Shown here piece by piece: positions 40,966 to 50,856 of a stretch of 64,000 nucleotides of DNA. Within the stretch, counting starts at the first letter, position 1, and each line of letters begins with the position of its first letter. Where the stretch lies: positions 1,267-65,266 of the forward strand of contig JAFSCX010000044.1 of assembly GCA_017436525.1 (NCBI GenBank), in the 5' to 3' direction. Source of the stretch: Clostridia bacterium (lineage in GTDB: Bacteria; Bacillota; Clostridia; Oscillospirales; QAKW01). The notes under the pieces are model-generated. The model had not been told where the DNA came from and made no database searches. It saw only the letters and a program-made list of their open reading frames with translations. The position numbers were made by a program, and so were the translations under genes.

Positions 40966-40994
40966 ATTATATCAATATAAAATCTATTTGTCAA
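40966..40994 (-). promoter_or_regulatory. sigma-A-type promoter of the met operon
   Basis: Perfect TTGACA (40989-40994), 17 nt, TATAAT (40966-40971) on the minus strand. Confidence 0.75.
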
Positions 40995-41092
40995 TATTGA
41001 AAAAAATACCCAATCTCTTTGAGCCCTTGAAAATCTTTTTTCAATTTGGTATAGTATGAATAAACGATTTTTTTGATAAAGGAGCGAATTCG

Positions 41093-41677
41093 ATGGATCG
41101 TATTCTTTTGCATATCTGCTGCGCCCCCTGCTCGGTGGCGGTCATCGAGCAATTAAAGGAAGAGGGCCTCTCCCCCACAGGCTTTTGGTATAATCCCAAT
41201 ATCCATCCCTATCAGGAATATAAAGCCCGCAGAGATACCCTGATCGAATATGCCAAATTGATTGGGCTTCCCCTTCATATCAAAGAAGAATACGGATTGG
41301 ATGCCTTTACCAAGGCGGTAAGCCCGAATATTGAGCAGCGCTGCAATTATTGCTATGCGGTGCGGATGGAAGAGACGGCAAGGGCCGCAAAAAACTTGGG
41401 GTTCTCCGCCTTTACCACCAGCCTCACTGTCTCCCCTTATCAAAATCATGAGCTGATTCATAAGGCGGCCCAAGCGGCGGCAAAGCGCCACGGAGTTGCC
41501 TATCGGCCCTATGATTTCTCGCCCCGCTTTCGCCAAGGGCAGGCAAAGGCAAGAGAACTTGCGCTTTATATGCAGAAATACTGCGGCTGCATTTATTCCG
41601 AGGAGGAGCGCTATCAATCAAAGATCCAAAAGGATCTTAACCGCTTTGAGAAAGAGAATTTTTTTGAAAATAAATAA
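41093..41677 (+). CDS. queH: epoxyqueuosine reductase QueH (DUF208)
   Basis: LLHICCAPCS, CNYCYAVRMEETA and YCGCIYSEEE are conserved Cys motifs of QueH. Confidence 0.85.
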   Translation: MDRILLHICCAPCSVAVIEQLKEEGLSPTGFWYNPNIHPYQEYKARRDTLIEYAKLIGLPLHIKEEYGLDAFTKAVSPNIEQRCNYCYAVRMEETARAAKNLGFSAFTTSLTVSPYQNHELIHKAAQAAAKRHGVAYRPYDFSPRFRQGQAKARELALYMQKYCGCIYSEEERYQSKIQKDLNRFEKENFFENK

Positions 41678-41680
41678 AAA

Positions 41681-41711
41681 AGTCGAAGGAAAAATCCTTC
41701 GACTTTTTTTC
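41681..41711. terminator. bidirectional terminator
   Basis: AGTCGAAGGA-aaaa-TCCTTCGACT followed by TTTTTTT and preceded by AAAAA. Confidence 0.85.
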
Positions 41712-41713
41712 TT

Positions 41714-42355
41714 TTATAATTTAGAAATGCCGTAGCTATTGACCAAAGCATCCAATTTTACCCCATTATTGCATAACGGGCATTCATGGGAATGATAGCT
41801 TTGATAGCCCTCCAGATCCTTCGGGCCAAAGACGGCTCTTACAGGAAGATCATCGCATTGATCGATGGTCGAGAAGAAGGCAGAGACGCCGGAAACCTTG
41901 CCGCCGTAATAACGCACTGCATTGATGGCGCTCTGGGCCATCTTGCCCGATGCGATTGTAGCCGCGAGGATCATCACATTCTTTCCTGCGATCATCGGCA
42001 CAATATTATCCCGAAAGAAGATCTGGTTGCCGCCCGTAATCTCGGGAGTTACCACATAGATGGTCTTATGGGAATTCATATTGGCAAAATCGCCCTTGGA
42101 AAGGCTGTCTGCAAGGCATGCGCCGATGACCTCGGTACCATCTAAGCAAAGGATGGTATCCACGACGGTATCTGCATAATAATAAGAGCAAATCTTCTCA
42201 GCAACCGCTCTTGCCTCGGAAAGGCGGGCTTTTTGCCATGCCACATCAATATAATAATTGCTATGGCGATTCCCTGTCGCAAAATGGCCTGCTGCTACTC
42301 TTAAATGAAGATCCGTACCCTTGCTTGCATATTTCAAGATATCCAAAGTTGACAT
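41714..42355 (-). CDS. phosphoribosyltransferase-family protein
   Basis: PRPP-loop-like KNVMILAATIASGKM. Overall type-I PRTase-like layout; substrate unknown. Confidence 0.6.
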   Translation of the reverse strand: MSTLDILKYASKGTDLHLRVAAGHFATGNRHSNYYIDVAWQKARLSEARAVAEKICSYYYADTVVDTILCLDGTEVIGACLADSLSKGDFANMNSHKTIYVVTPEITGGNQIFFRDNIVPMIAGKNVMILAATIASGKMAQSAINAVRYYGGKVSGVSAFFSTIDQCDDLPVRAVFGPKDLEGYQSYHSHECPLCNNGVKLDALVNSYGISKL

Positions 42356-42423
42356 GCTTGATCCTCCTTCAATGCTTTTATATTATTATATTACACTATT
42401 TTTGCTTTTACTGCAAGATTTTT

Positions 42424-43527
42424 TTACTGCTGATAGACACATTCCCCGCCGATAAAGGTGGCATAGATCCTGCATTCCTCATCCAGCAGGATAAAATCCG
42501 CAAGATTGCCCTCCTTGAGGCAGCCCATCTCCGAAAGACCCAAAAGGCGGGCGGGGTTTTCTGTGGCCATCATCAGGGCCTCCGGCAGCGAGACCTCACC
42601 GAAGCGGGCCATATTTCGGACTCCTTCATTGAGCCGCAATACCGAGCCTGCCAAAGTGCCGTCCAAAAGCCTTGCCGCCCGATCCTTCACCACCACCGGC
42701 TGACCGCCCAGTGCATAGCGCCCATCGGGCAGCCCTCCTGCCTCCATGCAATCGGTAATGAGGCAGATCCGCTCTTTTTTCAGGCGGGTGAGGATGGGGA
42801 AAAGATGAGGCGCCACATGGATGGTATCGGCAATCAATTCAATATAAGCATCCCCTTCGAGGGCGGCGCCGATGACCCCTGCATCCCGATGATGAAGGGG
42901 CGGCATGGCATTGAAGAAATGGGTGGTGCTTTGAGCACCGCCTTCATATGCCGCCTTTGCTTGGGCATAGGTAGCGGTGGTATGGCCCACCGATAAGATG
43001 ACCCCTCGCTCCTTCATCGCCTTGGCAAAGGATTGATCTTGATCCTGCTCCGGCGCATAGGTAACCAAGCGCACGACATCCTCTACTATTTTCTCTTGCG
43101 GGGGCAGGATATATTCCTCATTCTGCGCCCCTTTTTTTGCGGGATGGATAAAAGGCCCTTCCATATGAGCACCCAAAATTCTGGCCCCGCTTTTTGCTTT
43201 CATCCCTTCGCGAATCCGCCCAAAGGCCGCAGAAATCTCCTCGGCCTCTTGGGTCATGGTGGTGGGCAGGAAAGCAGTAACGCCGTTTTGAGGAAGTTTT
43301 TTTGCCATCCCTTCGGGGGAATGGGTCATGGTATCCTCTCCCTCGTAGCCATGGATATGCTGATCGATCAGCCCCGCAGAAAGATAAAGGCCGCCGCCAT
43401 CGGTAATCTTGGCGCCATGGGGAATTTCCTTGGAAAAGCCCACAATCCGATCTCCCTCATAAAGAAAGACCGACTCTTCTAAAATCTTTCCGCCTTTTAC
43501 GATTTTTACATTCTTAATTGCATTCAT
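42424..43527 (-). CDS. nagA: N-acetylglucosamine-6-phosphate deacetylase
   Basis: Start at MNAIKNVKIV (43527). GLIDQHIHGYEG and THFFNAMPPLHHRDAGVIGA are NagA motifs. Confidence 0.85.
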   Translation of the reverse strand: MNAIKNVKIVKGGKILEESVFLYEGDRIVGFSKEIPHGAKITDGGGLYLSAGLIDQHIHGYEGEDTMTHSPEGMAKKLPQNGVTAFLPTTMTQEAEEISAAFGRIREGMKAKSGARILGAHMEGPFIHPAKKGAQNEEYILPPQEKIVEDVVRLVTYAPEQDQDQSFAKAMKERGVILSVGHTTATYAQAKAAYEGGAQSTTHFFNAMPPLHHRDAGVIGAALEGDAYIELIADTIHVAPHLFPILTRLKKERICLITDCMEAGGLPDGRYALGGQPVVVKDRAARLLDGTLAGSVLRLNEGVRNMARFGEVSLPEALMMATENPARLLGLSEMGCLKEGNLADFILLDEECRIYATFIGGECVYQQ

Positions 43528-43538
43528 CTCAATATTCC

Positions 43539-44132
43539 CTATTTTTTCGAAACGGCTTCTACTACGCGGAAGATGGCGGGAGCAACCAAAAGATTCACTG
43601 CCAGCTCCAGCAGAAAATTCCAACCTGCGCAGACAAAAATAAGAAAATAAAGCACCGTAGTCCCTTCTCCCACAAAGTTGGCCGCTAAAATATCAGAAAG
43701 GGTCAGCGCACCCAAAATAAAGAGGCCTGTATTGATGATAGGCGCAGCAGCCGCCGCGCAAAAGACCCCGCCGTATCTGCTCTTCTTAGAAACGAGCTTA
43801 TAAACAAGGCCTGCTCCGAGGCCTGCAAAAAGGCCCTTCCCCAAGCAGATGGCACCGGTCATCCAAGGGGCATTTTGAAAGAGGGTGGCGGTGAAAAAGT
43901 CTGTCCCGCTGATTCCTGCGGAAAGGGTAATGATTCCAAAGAACAGCCCAAGGACCGCGCCGCCCCAAGGGCCAACCATGATCCCGCCCAATACAATGGG
44001 GATCAGCACCAGTGAAAGGGACGTCGCCCCGATCTTAATGCCGCTGCCCCAAAGCTGGAGCACCAATACCAAAGCCAATAAAATGGCCATCTGCACCATC
44101 TTCAAGGTGCGTTGCTTTGCTGCTTGATTCAT
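43539..44132 (-). CDS. ECF-transporter S component (substrate unknown; adjacent to coaX)
   Basis: Start at MNQAAKQ (44132) behind AAGGAG. About six TM helices with a Gly-rich S-component-like pattern. Confidence 0.6.
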   Translation of the reverse strand: MNQAAKQRTLKMVQMAILLALVLVLQLWGSGIKIGATSLSLVLIPIVLGGIMVGPWGGAVLGLFFGIITLSAGISGTDFFTATLFQNAPWMTGAICLGKGLFAGLGAGLVYKLVSKKSRYGGVFCAAAAAPIINTGLFILGALTLSDILAANFVGEGTTVLYFLIFVCAGWNFLLELAVNLLVAPAIFRVVEAVSKK

Positions 44133-44228
44133 CGCAAATTCTCCTTTTCGGGACTTCACCCGATGCTGACGCCCTGCCCTTATTTTACAGGTGCATCGCA
44201 GTTCTTTTTTATATCAAAGCATGGTTGC

Positions 44229-45011
44229 TTATGATATCTTGATTTTACGGGTCTTCCCATAAATAATGCGAAGGCCTTTTAAGGTAAGATGCGGATCTTT
44301 TTCAAAGCCGAGAGTCGTATGGGGCAGGATCAAAGAGGCAAGGCCGCCTGTCGCAATCAGCCGAGGCGCGCCGCCTAATAGAGCGCGAAAACGCTCTGCA
44401 AAGCCTTCTATTGCGTATACATGCCCCAAAAGCACACCATTGGCAATGCAATCCGCTGTATTCTTTCCGATCAGTTCCTTGCCCGCTTGCAACGGCACTG
44501 CAGGCAGTTGGGCGGCGGAGGCACGAAGGCTCTCAGCCGAAGCGCGAAGCCCTGTCAGAATTGCGCCGCCCAAAAGCTCATTTTTGGCGTTTACCGCAAA
44601 GATGGTCGTGGCGGTGCCGAAATCCGCAATGATAGCACCTTCTTGGCTTTTTGCGGCGGCTGCCGCCGCATTGGCGATAATATCCGCCCCAACCTCTGCG
44701 GGGGAATCGGTCCGCACTGAAATCCCTGTCCGGACCCCTGCGCCAAGCTCCAAGATCCGGCAGGAGCAAAGCGCCTGCATGGCAGAAGCCATAAGCGGCG
44801 TCAGCGCGGGGACCACCGACGCAATGGCGCAATCGGTAATTTTTGAGAGTTCTATTTTCCTCTCCTTCAGCCCCATGCGCAGGGCATTGGCATATTCATC
44901 GGCAGAACGCGGCTCCAAGGCCGAGAGGCTCATGGTAAAGATCGGCTCTTCTTCCGCCGAAAATCCGCCGATTTTAATATTCGAATTTCCGATATCTATC
45001 GCGATTAACAT
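44229..45011 (-). CDS. coaX: type III pantothenate kinase
   Basis: MLIAIDIGNSNIKIG N-terminus and ..ADFGTATT.. motif. Confidence 0.9.
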   Translation of the reverse strand: MLIAIDIGNSNIKIGGFSAEEEPIFTMSLSALEPRSADEYANALRMGLKERKIELSKITDCAIASVVPALTPLMASAMQALCSCRILELGAGVRTGISVRTDSPAEVGADIIANAAAAAAKSQEGAIIADFGTATTIFAVNAKNELLGGAILTGLRASAESLRASAAQLPAVPLQAGKELIGKNTADCIANGVLLGHVYAIEGFAERFRALLGGAPRLIATGGLASLILPHTTLGFEKDPHLTLKGLRIIYGKTRKIKIS

Positions 45012-45012
45012 A

Positions 45013-45912
45013 TCAATCGATCTCTTTCATTAATTCAGCAATTTTGGGGGCGATGGCAAGATCCTCGGAGGAGGCAGTAGCACCGCCTGCGGCGCTTGCT
45101 AATTTCAAGGCATATTCATAGCCCCGATCAAGGCCTGCCAAAAAGCCTGCCACCATGGAATCTCCCGCTCCTACCGTATTGACAGGCTTTCCGCCCACTG
45201 CAGGCATTGTATGAATTTTACCCTGCTCATCCAAAAGCAGAGCCCCTTCGCTCCCAAGGGAGACCAATACATTTTGAGCGCCTTTTTCCCTCAGCTCGGC
45301 CGCCGCATTTGCAATCTCTTCCCGCGTGGGAAGGGCTCTGCCTGCCAGCTCCTCCAGCTCCCGATGATTGGGCTTGATTAAAAAGGGCTTATAGGGCAAT
45401 CCATTCTCCAAAAGAGAGCCGGTGGCATCCACCACGCAGCGCACCCCTTTGCCGGCAAGTGCGCCCATCATCTCAGAATAAATATCCTTCGGCACAGAGG
45501 CGGGCACACTTCCTGCCAGCACCAAGAAATCCCCTTCCTTGAGCGCCCCCAGCTTTTCCATCATCGCCGCCAAAGCTTCCTTTGGAATTTCGGGGCCGCC
45601 GGCGTTGATCTCCGTCTCCTTCTCAGCCTTGAGCTTGAGATTGATGCGGGTACGCCCCTCGGGCAGGCGGATAAAATCCGCCTTGATTCCCTTCTTGAGA
45701 AGGCCCGCTTCCAGCGCTTCCCCTGTAAACCCCGCAATAAAGCCGAGAGCGGTATTCTCCACCCCCAGCTCCTTCAAGACCAAAGAAACATTGATGCCCT
45801 TGCCGCCAAAATACAGTTCTTCCTTTTGCGCGCGATTGGTCTGCCCCTCCTCCAAACGGGAAAGAAAAACCACATAATCAAGGGCAGGATTAAAGGTTAC
45901 GGTATAAATCAT
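45013..45912 (-). CDS. 1-phosphofructokinase-family (PfkB) hexose-phosphate kinase
   Basis: MIYTVTFNPALDY, GGKGINVS and GAGDSMVAGF are PfkB signatures. Confidence 0.85.
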   Translation of the reverse strand: MIYTVTFNPALDYVVFLSRLEEGQTNRAQKEELYFGGKGINVSLVLKELGVENTALGFIAGFTGEALEAGLLKKGIKADFIRLPEGRTRINLKLKAEKETEINAGGPEIPKEALAAMMEKLGALKEGDFLVLAGSVPASVPKDIYSEMMGALAGKGVRCVVDATGSLLENGLPYKPFLIKPNHRELEELAGRALPTREEIANAAAELREKGAQNVLVSLGSEGALLLDEQGKIHTMPAVGGKPVNTVGAGDSMVAGFLAGLDRGYEYALKLASAAGGATASSEDLAIAPKIAELMKEID

Positions 45913-45976
45913 CTTCCATCTGATTCCTTTGAGACATCATTTTTCATTGCCATTATATCTTATTTTCATAAAAGCG

Positions 45977-46525
45977 TCAACTGCACAGACTCTTTGCGAT
46001 CTCTTTAATCTGAGCCTCTAAAGAGGCATCCTCTTTGGCGGGGCGGAAATCGGTATCGGAAGCAACGACCTTTGGGATCTCTCCCTCTACGCCCATCTCC
46101 CGCAAAAGGATTTCTGCGGTGCGAAAAGCAGCCTCTTTGCCGCCGCTGCCTCCGCCTGCCAGCAAAACCGCTCCTTTTTTACCCCAAAAGGAAGCACCCT
46201 CGCCCCGAAATTTGCGGGCAGAAAAAAAGCACTGCATACGGCTCATAGCAGAGAGGAAGGGGCCGGGCAGAGTGCCGAACCAAATGGGAGACGCAAGGAC
46301 CACTGCATCTGCCACCTGAATGATCTGCGCATAGGGCTCAAAATCATCGCCAAGGGCGCAGCCCTTCTGCTTTCGGCAGGCTCTGCAATCGATGCAGGGG
46401 GCAATTTTTTCATCAGTAAGGCGAAGGATTTCCACCTCGCCGGGCAAATGCTTTGCCAGAAGAGCAGCCATATAAGCAGTATCCCCCTCCTTGCGAGGTG
46501 ATGCATTTAAGATCAATATTTTCAT
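45977..46525 (-). CDS. iron-sulfur flavoprotein / NADPH-dependent FMN reductase family
   Basis: MKILILNASPRKEGDT flavodoxin-like N-terminus and a CIDCRACRKQKGC cluster motif. Confidence 0.75.
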   Translation of the reverse strand: MKILILNASPRKEGDTAYMAALLAKHLPGEVEILRLTDEKIAPCIDCRACRKQKGCALGDDFEPYAQIIQVADAVVLASPIWFGTLPGPFLSAMSRMQCFFSARKFRGEGASFWGKKGAVLLAGGGSGGKEAAFRTAEILLREMGVEGEIPKVVASDTDFRPAKEDASLEAQIKEIAKSLCS

Positions 46526-46608
46526 TGTTTTTTTCCCAAGAATTGCCTCCTCAAGGGAGGGGCAATTCCATTATTCCTTAATTATGTCATTACAGACATT
46601 TTTCAAGA

Positions 46609-47277
46609 TTATTTTTCGACCTTTGAAAGAAGCGCATAGGTTTGCTCCGAGGGCTTTGCCACAAAGCGATTGATGGGCACGCCCATGGAAGAAAAGCGCT
46701 CTTCATACTCGGTCATGATATTGGGCGTATCGGTTGCATGAAGATCATAGGTCAGCTCCGATAGCTCAAAGCCCAAATCCTTGAATTCTTCCACCGAAAA
46801 ATCAAAAAGATCCCGATTATCCGTCTTAAAGCAGATCTTGCCCCCCTTCTTCAAAAGGGGCAAATAGCACTTCACCATCCGCCGATGGGTCAGCCTGCGC
46901 TTGGCATAGCGGCTTTTAGGCCAAGGATCGGAAAAATTAAGATAGATGATATCCATGGATTCTTCCGGCATATATTCCAAAAGATCTTCCGCATTGAGGC
47001 AGAAAAATTTGATATTGGAAAGCCCCTTGGCAAGGGCCTTCTCCATCCCCATGATCAGGCAATCTTTCACCCGCTCAATGGAAATATACTGCCGATCGGG
47101 GTTTTCCCGGGCATGGGCCACGATAAAGCGCCCCTTTCCCGAGCCGATCTCCATTTCAATGGGCTTCTTTGGATCAAAATGGCTGTAGAACTGCTCTTTG
47201 AGCCCCTCGGTCTCGATGGTCCACCCCGCGCACCGCTCAAAGCGCAGGTCTCCGTTTTTCTTTTTTCTCATCCGCAT
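46609..47277 (-). CDS. trmB: tRNA (guanine46-N7)-methyltransferase
   Basis: EIGSGKGRF SAM motif and NFSDPWPKSRYAKRRL signature. Confidence 0.9.
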   Translation of the reverse strand: MRMRKKKNGDLRFERCAGWTIETEGLKEQFYSHFDPKKPIEMEIGSGKGRFIVAHARENPDRQYISIERVKDCLIMGMEKALAKGLSNIKFFCLNAEDLLEYMPEESMDIIYLNFSDPWPKSRYAKRRLTHRRMVKCYLPLLKKGGKICFKTDNRDLFDFSVEEFKDLGFELSELTYDLHATDTPNIMTEYEERFSSMGVPINRFVAKPSEQTYALLSKVEK

Positions 47278-47289
47278 GATTCTATTTCC

Positions 47290-48396
47290 TCAGGTTTCAT
47301 TAAAATTTCTGTAATAGGCAAGCAAGAGATCGATCATCTCTCCATAGCTTTTGGTGCCGCTCTCCTGCCCGTTGGATTGCAAATATCCTTCATAGATTGC
47401 CCCCGATGCATTGCTGATCGGAGTCCCCCGATAGGGCTTCCAATATTCATCCTCACACCGAATATCCGAAAGCACCCTCTGATCGCAAAGCTTTGCGATT
47501 TTTTGAGCCAATGCCTGATCCTCTTTATAAAGGGCGGAGAAGGCATATTCAAAGGCCAGCAGAGAGCCGCTGTAGCGAAAATCCTCCCGCTCCGATTTTA
47601 AGCAGGCAAGATAGGCCAGAAAGTTTGCCTCGTCCTCCCGCATAAAGCCGCGAAAATGAGTCAGCTCATGGCACATGGTAGCGGGAATGGTAAAGGCCGG
47701 CACATCCACATTGATTCCCGATTCAAAGGGGATATAGATTCCCGTTGTCAGCACCATGGAGAAAATCTTCGAGGTCAAAAGCGGCTTATTACGCACATTC
47801 GCCGCCTGCAATACGGGGATCTCCTCCCCCAATGCCCGATAGGCATCCCTTGCAGAACGGGCGGTTTCATAAAAGCCCTCATCCGAAAGGGCGGCCACAC
47901 CCTGCGCATCCTCTTCCATCTGCCGGCGATAAAAATTACAATCGTATATCAAAATTTCGCAAAGATCATAAAGTTCCTCTTTGCTGCTCTCCCGCACCGA
48001 AAGATCCAAGTATTCGGTAATGGACGAGCGATGATAATTGAGCCCCATGAAAAGGACAAAGCAAAAATAGACAACGCTTGCTCCCCCTGCAAGATTCAGA
48101 AAGAGCCGCCAGAGGCGGTTTTTTCTTTTTTCCTTTTTGCGGATCAGCTGCGCTATTTCCCATCCAATATAAAAAAGCAGCGCGCCGCCTCCCAAAAGGA
48201 TCAAAATTTCCAGCACCGAAAAGGGCAAAAGGGAGAGCAACCACCCCATTGAATTGGCAAAAACAGGGTAGATTTTGGTGGCATAAACGGTTTCTACCCA
48301 ATCTCCGTGAACCTGCGCCATCAAGGTCAAAAGCAGGCCCAAGGGAGCAAGTAAAAGAAGCCATATTCTTTTGTATCGAAAAATTCTCTTGATCAT
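47290..48396 (-). CDS. DUF3810-family membrane metalloprotease-like protein
   Basis: N-terminal TMs and MCHELTHFRGFMREDEANFLAYLAC. Confidence 0.75.
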   Translation of the reverse strand: MIKRIFRYKRIWLLLLAPLGLLLTLMAQVHGDWVETVYATKIYPVFANSMGWLLSLLPFSVLEILILLGGGALLFYIGWEIAQLIRKKEKRKNRLWRLFLNLAGGASVVYFCFVLFMGLNYHRSSITEYLDLSVRESSKEELYDLCEILIYDCNFYRRQMEEDAQGVAALSDEGFYETARSARDAYRALGEEIPVLQAANVRNKPLLTSKIFSMVLTTGIYIPFESGINVDVPAFTIPATMCHELTHFRGFMREDEANFLAYLACLKSEREDFRYSGSLLAFEYAFSALYKEDQALAQKIAKLCDQRVLSDIRCEDEYWKPYRGTPISNASGAIYEGYLQSNGQESGTKSYGEMIDLLLAYYRNFNET

Positions 48397-48470
48397 AAAT
48401 TCAGTATACCATAAACCAAAGAAAAGTCAAAAAAATCTTTTATGAATAATATAAACAGAGGTGATTCCAT

Positions 48471-49058
48471 ATGAATTTTACATTACAAACGACAAACGGT
48501 CCCTTCCGATACCCTGAAGATCTCGAAAATCTCTGGACCGTCCTTTTCTACTACGGCAAGGATTTCACACCTGTCGCCGCCACCGAGCTTGCCGCCCTTG
48601 CCGCTTTGCAGGAGGAATTTGCCCGCCATCAAGGGCGCATCCTTGCCATCGGCCCCGATTCCCTCTCGGCTCATCTTGCCTTCTTAGATTCTTTGGCACG
48701 CTATCGCTTTGAGCAGCGCCCTACTCCGCCCATCGCCTTTCCCCTTGCCACCGAGGAAGGGCTGCCCTTTCTTCCCCTGCCGGATCGAAAATATATTTGG
48801 CTTCTCTCCCCCGCGGGAGAGATGATGGCGCATTTTTCTTATCCTGCCGATACGGGTGTCAATTTCACAGAGGTCCTGCGGACCCTCATTGCCCTGCAGC
48901 AGGATCGGCCCACTCCCCATGCTTGGGTCCCCGAAGCGCCCACGCTTCTGCCGCCCCCTGCCACCCGCGAAGAGCAGATCACCCATATCAACCGGATCGA
49001 ATCGGCCGGCAACTATTGCATCGATTGGTATATCTGCTTTGAAGGAGATCCGGAATAA
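48471..49058 (+). CDS. peroxiredoxin-fold protein lacking the peroxidatic cysteine
   Basis: ..WTVLFYYGKDFTPVAATELAAL.. corresponds to the Prx motif DFTPVCTTE, with Cys replaced by Ala. Confidence 0.7.
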   Translation: MNFTLQTTNGPFRYPEDLENLWTVLFYYGKDFTPVAATELAALAALQEEFARHQGRILAIGPDSLSAHLAFLDSLARYRFEQRPTPPIAFPLATEEGLPFLPLPDRKYIWLLSPAGEMMAHFSYPADTGVNFTEVLRTLIALQQDRPTPHAWVPEAPTLLPPPATREEQITHINRIESAGNYCIDWYICFEGDPE

Positions 49059-49096
49059 AAAATGCCCGCGGAAAAAACTTCCGCGGGCATTTTTTA
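49056..49096. terminator. bidirectional terminator
   Basis: ATGCCCGCGG-aaaaaactt-CCGCGGGCAT with flanking A/T runs. Confidence 0.8.
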
Positions 49097-50452
49097 GTTT
49101 CTCAAAGAATGAATGGGGGCAGGGATTCTGCCGCCGCGATTGATAAATTTTTCGCTGCTTTCCTGATGGACGGGCATAATAGGTGCTTCGCCCAGCAGAC
49201 CGCCGAATTCCACCACATCCCCTACGCCTTTTCCGATGGCAGGGATTACACGTACGGCGGTGGTCTTATTATTGATCACCCCGATGCTGATTTCATCGGC
49301 AATAATGGCCGAGATGGTGGAGGCAGAGGTATCGCCGGGGATGGCGATCATATCAAGGCCCACCGAGCAGACAGCCGTCATCGCCTCCAGCTTATCAAGG
49401 GTCAATACCCCTTCGGAGGCGGCGCGGATCATGCCCGCATCCTCCGAGACGGGGATAAAGGCGCCGGAAAGGCCGCCCACATGGGAGGAGGCCATAGTGC
49501 CCCCCTTCTTAACCGCATCATTGAGCAGCGCAAGGCAGGCGGTGGTGCCATGGGTGCCGCAACGCTCCAAGCCCATCTCCTCTAAAATATGGGCCACCGA
49601 ATCTCCGACAGCCGGAGTCGGCGCCAAGGAAAGATCGACGATCCCAAAGGGCACATTCAGGCGGCGGCAGGCTTCATTGGCCACCATCTGACCCATGCGG
49701 GTGATCTTAAAGGCGGTCTTTTTCACCACATCGGCAATCTCGGTAATATTGGCATCCGGCATCTTTTTGATGGCGCTGCTGACCACACCGGGGCCGGAAA
49801 CGCCCACATTGATGACGCACTCCCCTTCGCCCACGCCATGGAAGGCGCCTGCCATAAAGGGGTTATCCTCGGGCACATTGGCAAAGACCACCAACTTGGC
49901 GCAGCCGATGGAATCCTCCTCGGCTGTTGCCTCAGCGCACTCTTTGATGATCTCGCCCATCAGCTTGACCGCATCCAGATTGATGCCGGCTTTGGTGGTT
50001 GCCACATTGATGGAAGAGCATACATTGGTGGTCTCCTTCAATACCCGAGGCAAAGAGCGAATCAGATTCAGATCACTCTCAGTGGCCGCTTTATGGACCA
50101 AAGCAGAAAATCCGCCGATAAAATTGATGCCGCAGGCCTCTGCCGCCCGCTGAAGGGCATGGGCCACTTTAACCATATCCTCCACCGAATAGCCGGGGGT
50201 AACCAGCCCGATGGGGGTAACCGAAACACGCTTATTGATGATGGGAATTCCATAGGTACGGGCGATTTCCTCCCCTGTGGCCACCAGATTGCCTGCAAGG
50301 CGGGTAATCTTCTCATAGATTCGCTCGCAAAATTGATCGGGATCCCGATCCACGCAATCCAGCAGGGAAATGCCCATGGTGATGGTGCGGATATCAAGAT
50401 GCTCCTCATCGATCATCTTGATGGTTTCCATGATATCGCTATGGTTTAGCAT
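49094..50452 (-). CDS. UPF0210 (DUF711) family protein
   Basis: Start at [11 protein letters not shown] (50452) behind [20 protein letters not shown] is a family N-terminal motif. Paired with the upstream ACT gene, as is usual. Confidence 0.85.
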   Translation of the reverse strand: MLNHSDIMETIKMIDEEHLDIRTITMGISLLDCVDRDPDQFCERIYEKITRLAGNLVATGEEIARTYGIPIINKRVSVTPIGLVTPGYSVEDMVKVAHALQRAAEACGINFIGGFSALVHKAATESDLNLIRSLPRVLKETTNVCSSINVATTKAGINLDAVKLMGEIIKECAEATAEEDSIGCAKLVVFANVPEDNPFMAGAFHGVGEGECVINVGVSGPGVVSSAIKKMPDANITEIADVVKKTAFKITRMGQMVANEACRRLNVPFGIVDLSLAPTPAVGDSVAHILEEMGLERCGTHGTTACLALLNDAVKKGGTMASSHVGGLSGAFIPVSEDAGMIRAASEGVLTLDKLEAMTAVCSVGLDMIAIPGDTSASTISAIIADEISIGVINNKTTAVRVIPAIGKGVGDVVEFGGLLGEAPIMPVHQESSEKFINRGGRIPAPIHSLRN

Positions 50453-50462
50453 GGCAACCTCC

Positions 50463-50732
50463 TTATATACGATGCATGGAGTCGAAAACATCCTCATGCA
50501 TGACATGGATGATCAGCCCCATCTCCTTGCCCGCCTCTTCCATTTCCTTGGCAAAATCAGCAAAATGCTTCTCGGAAGAGCGCACCTCTACCCACATAAT
50601 CATGGTAAAGGTCTCATGCAATACCTTTTGGGTAATATCGTTGATATTTATATTGTTCTCAGCGCAGATGGCGGAAAGGCGGGCAATAATTCCCACGCAA
50701 TCTCTGCCGATTACTGAAATGACAGCGTTCAT
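50463..50732 (-). CDS. ACT domain protein (UPF0237)
   Basis: [20 protein letters not shown]. 89 aa, upstream partner of UPF0210. Confidence 0.85.
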   Translation of the reverse strand: MNAVISVIGRDCVGIIARLSAICAENNININDITQKVLHETFTMIMWVEVRSSEKHFADFAKEMEEAGKEMGLIIHVMHEDVFDSMHRI

Positions 50733-50856
50733 TTTCTTTAAGCACCTCTTTCAAAAAATCTCTCCTTTTATTTTACCATTTTTTCCTTGAAAAGCAATCC
50801 TTTATTGAAATTTTCCTCATTTATGGTAGAATAATAAAAAAGAAAGGAGAGATTTC

